Shown here: piece by piece, positions 60,543 through 64,000 of the stretch
Numbering within the stretch: the stretch's first letter is position 1
Layout of the letters: every line of letters starts with the position of its first letter
DNA from: Promethearchaeia archaeon
GTDB taxonomy: Archaea > Asgardarchaeota > Lokiarchaeia > Sigyniarchaeales > SOKP01
NCBI GenBank assembly: GCA_029856145.1
Contig: JAHQWK010000004.1
Span: 64,001-128,000, forward strand
DNA: 64,000 bases
Direction of reading: 5' to 3'
Program-made: the position numbers and the translations under genes
Notes under the pieces: model-generated
Seen by the model: only the letters and a program-made list of their open reading frames with translations
Databases searched by the model: none
What the model was told of the DNA's origin: nothing

Positions 60543-61877
60543 GTGAATTATCAACATGATCCCATTCTAACGCGGGTCATTGATGACTTAATTGGTCGAT
60601 ATTCTGACAATATCATTGCGATATTTGGAATTGGGAGTTATTTTGATGATTCTCTCCCTCCTAATTGGGTTAAGAATGATATTGATATCATTGTTATTGT
60701 AAAATCATTAGAAAAAATCCCAAAACCAGATTGGACGGATGTTCGTTACAAGAAAAGGCAGATAACTGGGATTCAGGTTTGGATTGGCTTTAATACAATT
60801 CACGGATATCAAGACAGATATAGTTTTAGTAAAGAATCATATTCGAATTATGAATGGAGTCTAATAGAGCTTAAACATTCGGAAAACTCCATATTACTAC
60901 ATGGAAGAGATATTCGAGATCAATTTCCTAGTACTGTTGATCTTCAATTTGATTATGATGATATATTAGCGCGAGGCTTGTACCACATTGATAAATCAAT
61001 GAAAGAACAAGATTTGTCTAAGGCAATGAAAGAACTTTCGAAAGGGATATTTAAATTAGCATTTAATTTCTCTATCTTTTTTACTCCTCATTTTCGAAAT
61101 ACCTCTATAATAGAGATTGGAAATAAATTAAAAAAAATGGGAGAAACAAATGAGGATATAGAAAAGATGGATGGATTTTTCGAAGAGGCATTAATCTTTA
61201 GGATCACAGGACAATATAAATCCAACTTCATAGAATTGCGTGAAAATTTAATAGTATTCATTTTTACAATGTTAGAGAACGGAAATCTACATAAAGAGAT
61301 GAATTATCTGGATATGGTTAAATATCTTACTACCACTTTTAGTGGATTTTCCGAGTTACTTCGACATGTCCAAAACTCTAATTTATTTAACGATAAGAAA
61401 ATTAGAATAGAAACTATTACATTTGGTATGCGAAACATCATTATTTCAGGATGGATAAAACAGATTTATGGTACGTATAAATTTGATAGAGAAGAAGGGA
61501 CAAAAGGTAAAGTTGGCTCTTTCTTACTTTCTGATCCTACAGGAGAAATACGGGTGGTACTTTGGGATGATCAAGTAAAATATTTTAGAAGTAATGACTT
61601 TAATGTAGGTAGAAGTATTTACATTATCAATGGATATACGAAAGAAAGCCGAGATCGCGGGATAGAGATTCATGTGAGCTCATATGGGAATATTTATTTA
61701 TTACCCGAAGATCAAAAAGCAAAGAAAGTAAGACAGATTACTAAAAATGAGGTTGCTAAAAGGTTAGAGTTCATAAAAGATGCGAAATCTATTAGAATTC
61801 CGTGCCCATTTTGTGGTTTTTTATGTCCTCCTGATATAAAAATGTGTAGAAAATGTGGCGAGCCATTACCAAAATAA
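60543..61877 (+). CDS. Pol-beta-like nucleotidyltransferase, helical bundle, RPA-type OB fold and zinc ribbon
   Basis: FGIGSYFD...NDIDIIV (NTase); GKVGSFLLSDPTGEIRVVLWDD (RPA OB); CPFC..CRKC. Confidence 0.75.
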   Translation: MNYQHDPILTRVIDDLIGRYSDNIIAIFGIGSYFDDSLPPNWVKNDIDIIVIVKSLEKIPKPDWTDVRYKKRQITGIQVWIGFNTIHGYQDRYSFSKESYSNYEWSLIELKHSENSILLHGRDIRDQFPSTVDLQFDYDDILARGLYHIDKSMKEQDLSKAMKELSKGIFKLAFNFSIFFTPHFRNTSIIEIGNKLKKMGETNEDIEKMDGFFEEALIFRITGQYKSNFIELRENLIVFIFTMLENGNLHKEMNYLDMVKYLTTTFSGFSELLRHVQNSNLFNDKKIRIETITFGMRNIIISGWIKQIYGTYKFDREEGTKGKVGSFLLSDPTGEIRVVLWDDQVKYFRSNDFNVGRSIYIINGYTKESRDRGIEIHVSSYGNIYLLPEDQKAKKVRQITKNEVAKRLEFIKDAKSIRIPCPFCGFLCPPDIKMCRKCGEPLPK

Positions 61878-61983
61878 TATCAATTGGCTTATTATTGAAT
61901 TTAAAATTTACGCAATAAAATATCTGAAATGATTACTTCGGATTGTTGTCTTTTTTTAATTTCATAAGAATAAAGAGTAAGAG

Positions 61984-62100
61984 TGCCGGTGGAGGGATTT
62001 GAGCCCTCGACCTCCAGATTATGAGTCCAGCACATTCAGTCTGACCCAAATTTCAGAATGTATGCGTGTCTGGCGCTATAACCAGCTAAGCCACACCGGC
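61984..62100 (-). tRNA. tRNA-Met(CAT), probably elongator, with 43-nt intron at 32/33 (62025-62067)
   Basis: Acceptor stem GCCGGTG/CACCGGC plus A73; anticodon arm CCAGA-CTCATAA-TCTGG after splicing; BHB helix CCAG/CTGG. Lacks the initiator A1-U72 pair and GGG/CCC stem. Confidence 0.9.
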
Positions 62101-62112
62101 GTTTTATTACAA

Positions 62113-62243
62113 TGGAGCCTCAAGGGGGTTTATCATTTTCGAGCTAAATGCTCGATTATTATGATCCCCCGACCTTTGCCTTTTTGCATAAAATTATATA
62201 ATTTAATACCAAGGCAACGCTCTACCAACTGAGCTATTGAGGC
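62113..62243 (-). tRNA. tRNA-Thr(GGT) with two introns (37/38: 62182-62206; T-loop 59/60: 62130-62159), CCA encoded
   Basis: GCCTCAA/TTGAGGC acceptor plus U73 and CCA; TTGCC/GGCAA anticodon stem; GGGGG/CCCCC T stem. Removing the 25-nt and 30-nt introns gives 76 nt. Confidence 0.9.
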
Positions 62244-62699
62244 ACTTTTTTTCAAAACCTATGCTACTATCATTAAATAATTGCTAAATTAAAAATTTTT
62301 TTACAATACAGAAATTAAGATATTTTAATGTATAATAATTTTATATTTTATACCCTAATCTTAAATTTATTATTTTGAAATAAAAAAAACATTTAATTTG
62401 ATTTAGGATCACTTTAACTATCATTAAATTTTAGAATAATTATGAGTTAGGATGAAAGGACACTTAAGAATTTGGAAAGAAATTTAAAAGAAACTGAAGA
62501 ATGTTGTCAAATAAGTAGTATAAATTTGGAAAAATAAACTATAAAATTAAAGATTTTTGAAGCAAATTATTTTTATTTATAAATTCCTATATTTTACTAT
62601 CTAATATAATTATTAAATGTAGCTTAGATATAAAAATCCAAATTTATTGATTTCTCTAAAATTCATTGAAAAAAAACATAAAAAGTTAAAGTGGGAAAA

Positions 62700-64000
62700 A
62701 TGTTTTCTCGTAAGCGCTATAAAATATCAGATCTCCGATATTCAATAAAAAATTTTAAACCAATTAATAATGAATCATCTATGAATGTCAAGCTTATTAC
62801 TGTTTATTGTGGTGTAAATAGTTCTGGGAAAAGCTCAATTATTCAAAGCTTATTACTAGTTTCTCAATCTATTTTTCGACAATATTTAAGTATAGGAGAA
62901 GAAAGAATAAAAATACCACAAATTTTTATATTTGAGGGAAATAAATGCCACCTACAGGATTATAAAAATATTATCTATGAAAATAATCTTCAAAACAAAT
63001 TAGAGTTTAAGTGGGATTTTAAACATAAAAATAAAAGAATTAGACTCGAAATAACATGTTGTTTTTTACCTCAGGAAACAAACATTTCAAGGGGTTTTCC
63101 TTTTGTTGAAAGTGTTGTAATAAGAGAAAATGAAAATGAAATAGAACAAATAATAAAATTTAACCTAATGAAAAAATTGGTTCCACTTTATGAGTTAAAT
63201 ACTTCAAATTTAAAGTTAAAGTTTGATAAATATGTTTCCGAAAAATTCTATTTTCCATATTTATTTTTGGAAGATCTCGAAAGTGAAGATGAAGAAGAAC
63301 AAAAATCTATTGAATTAGATATAATTAGTGAAAAACTTGTAAAATTATCAGATAACTATAGAAAAATAATTTATCACCTTGAAAAATTATTAGAGAATTT
63401 AACTCTAAAAAATGTTCGTATCGAATTTAGAAGTATCTTTCCAGTTTTTACTCATTTTCAAAAATCTCAAATTAATGAATTAATTAATAGTTCAAAATTT
63501 GATGAATTATGGAGTATTTTTGATGAAATACCTAAAGAGGAACAAATTGAAATCTCCAAATTTAAAAAAATCCTCATTGATATTATAAATAATCAACTAT
63601 CAAGATATTTAAATGACATTCTTCGTACGTGTGTGAGACCATTAGATTATCTTTACTCTCGAATTAGATATATTGGACCGTTAAGAGAGGAACCTAAAAG
63701 ATTCTATACTTTTTCTGATTTAAGATTATTAGATCTTGGATTAAAAGGGGAAAACACAACTCAAGTTTTAACAATTCAACGAGATATGAAAATTCCGTTT
63801 ATTAGAATTAAAGAAGAAAAAGATAAAATTAGTTTTATAGAAAGAAAAGCGGTATCATTGTTGTCTGGTTTAAACGAGTGGCTTGAAATTATGAATTTAC
63901 AGAAAATTATACCTACTCGATCAATGAAATTAATAACTAGAATGTTGGTTTTATATTCAAAAAATCAACCAAAAGATTCACCAACTTCTCTTCCTGATGT
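62700..64000 (+). CDS. ABC-like ATPase (AAA_15/AAA_21, DUF3696-type), partial (runs off window end)
   Basis: Not in ORF track. MFSRKRYK...IKNFK...TVYCGVNSSGKSSIIQSLLL (Walker A), later YIGPLREEP..Y, LGLKGENT and SLPDV at the window edge. Confidence 0.8.
   Translation, partial: MFSRKRYKISDLRYSIKNFKPINNESSMNVKLITVYCGVNSSGKSSIIQSLLLVSQSIFRQYLSIGEERIKIPQIFIFEGNKCHLQDYKNIIYENNLQNKLEFKWDFKHKNKRIRLEITCCFLPQETNISRGFPFVESVVIRENENEIEQIIKFNLMKKLVPLYELNTSNLKLKFDKYVSEKFYFPYLFLEDLESEDEEEQKSIELDIISEKLVKLSDNYRKIIYHLEKLLENLTLKNVRIEFRSIFPVFTHFQKSQINELINSSKFDELWSIFDEIPKEEQIEISKFKKILIDIINNQLSRYLNDILRTCVRPLDYLYSRIRYIGPLREEPKRFYTFSDLRLLDLGLKGENTTQVLTIQRDMKIPFIRIKEEKDKISFIERKAVSLLSGLNEWLEIMNLQKIIPTRSMKLITRMLVLYSKNQPKDSPTSLPD

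Noticed and set aside
61999-62232. 77-aa ORF MSPRPPDYES...
   Set aside because: It is the antisense reading of two tRNA genes.
1-64000. CRISPR array, rRNA, transposase or integrase
   Set aside because: No regularly spaced repeats, long structured GC-rich RNA or recombinase motifs were seen by eye.

Overview
AT-rich, gene-dense window that looks like an Asgard archaeon, probably Lokiarchaeia. This is inferred from eukaryotic-signature genes (actin-related protein, gelsolin-domain protein, two roadblock proteins, MglA-type small GTPase, GIFT/IFT52-like domain), a Loki-CTERM-like IPGY tail, BHB-intron tRNAs and a bacterial-type gyrase. Housekeeping genes include gatA/gatB/asnS, gyrB/gyrA, folP, a cofE-like gene, nnr, a DEAD-box helicase and two orphan DNA methyltransferases. 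The best candidate for an undescribed system is a co-oriented minus-strand cluster at about 40.2-50.1 kb. In order it encodes gelsolin, roadblock, a CDC48-N-like/Pro-rich/vWA protein (DEPDC5/Iml1-like layout), an AbrB-ACT regulator, a polybasic helical protein, a divergent actin-related protein, a helical-repeat/catalytically dead CHAT protein (one reading frame with two internal TAA codons) and a PLD-like protein. Other highlights: tandem coiled-coil paralogs that both appear to start at ATT; a 57-aa three-zinc protein missed by the ORF track; a TrmB-like protein with five copies of a ~78-aa helical repeat; an NTase-OB-zinc ribbon fusion; and two tandem tRNAs carrying three introns, two at non-canonical positions. 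All family calls come from motif recognition by eye; no searches were run.
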